A DNA stretch of 64,000 bases, taken from the NCBI GenBank assembly GCA_013265495.1, contig MU058844.1, forward strand, positions 2,955,520-3,019,519, read 5' to 3'. A model generated the notes under the pieces. The model saw nothing but the letters and a program-made list of their open reading frames with translations, searched no databases and had not been told where the DNA came from. Source of the stretch: Vicugna vicugna (Eukaryota). Below, piece after piece: positions 63,611 through 64,000 of this stretch; position 1 is the stretch's first letter; the number at the start of each line of letters is the position of its first letter. The position numbers and the translations under genes were made by a program.

Positions 63611-64000
63611 AGTCTAACTTGCTAACTTTCTGGGCTATTAAGAGAAACATGATAGGTATTTCTTCTGAGCAGATTCCCATTATTTCCTAATTATTCTTCT
63701 CTTGAGAATAACTATGAAGGGTGGGAGGTAGCAATGACTATAACTAATAGTATTGGGGTGTTAAAAATAGTGGTATGTACTGAAGCAAACTAAATGTTAT
63801 GACCAAGCACAAATGTTCTATTGCACTAATGACATTTCAAAAATATTTCCTGGCATCTGAGCCATTTTCTACTAGTTGCTTCTCTAGCTAGCATTTAACA
63901 GTCACACTAGTTGTACGTCTAGTTAACATTATTAAGCATCTACCTTGCACATAACACTTTATATACATTGTATAAATGATTTATAACCCTTGTAATAAAC

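Noticed and set aside
1..64000. A novel multi-gene system, CRISPR array or operon
   Set aside because: The DNA is mammalian and repeat-rich, with no regular repeat-spacer array and no long or family-like ORFs other than dead L1 ORF2

Overview
This is mammalian genomic DNA, AT-rich and mostly non-coding. It is probably camelid, judging by a tRNA-Ala-derived Vic-1-type SINE at ~23.9 kb and cetartiodactyl-type L1 3' ends. I found no credible protein-coding exon, real RNA gene, CRISPR array or prokaryotic-style system. The ORF track is explained by decayed L1 ORF2, simple repeats and chance ORFs. The window is a mosaic of ancient repeats (many MIR and L2, MaLR/ERVL solo LTRs, hAT and Tigger MITEs, L1 fragments) separated by repeat-free blocks that look like candidate enhancers. 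At ~59.1-59.5 kb there is a small CpG-island promoter with a perfect NRF1 palindrome and two + strand splice donors. A gene therefore probably starts there with non-coding first exon(s) and runs off the right end; FGGY is a tentative guess from memory only. The most notable structures are a twin-primed (5'-inverted) L1 nested in an older L1, an L1 that keeps both ends but has large internal deletions, a SINE with a clean TSD, a dispersed 46-bp duplication, and several TF-motif clusters. Repeat family names come from recalled consensus sequences, not a database search, and boundaries are approximate unless a TSD is given.
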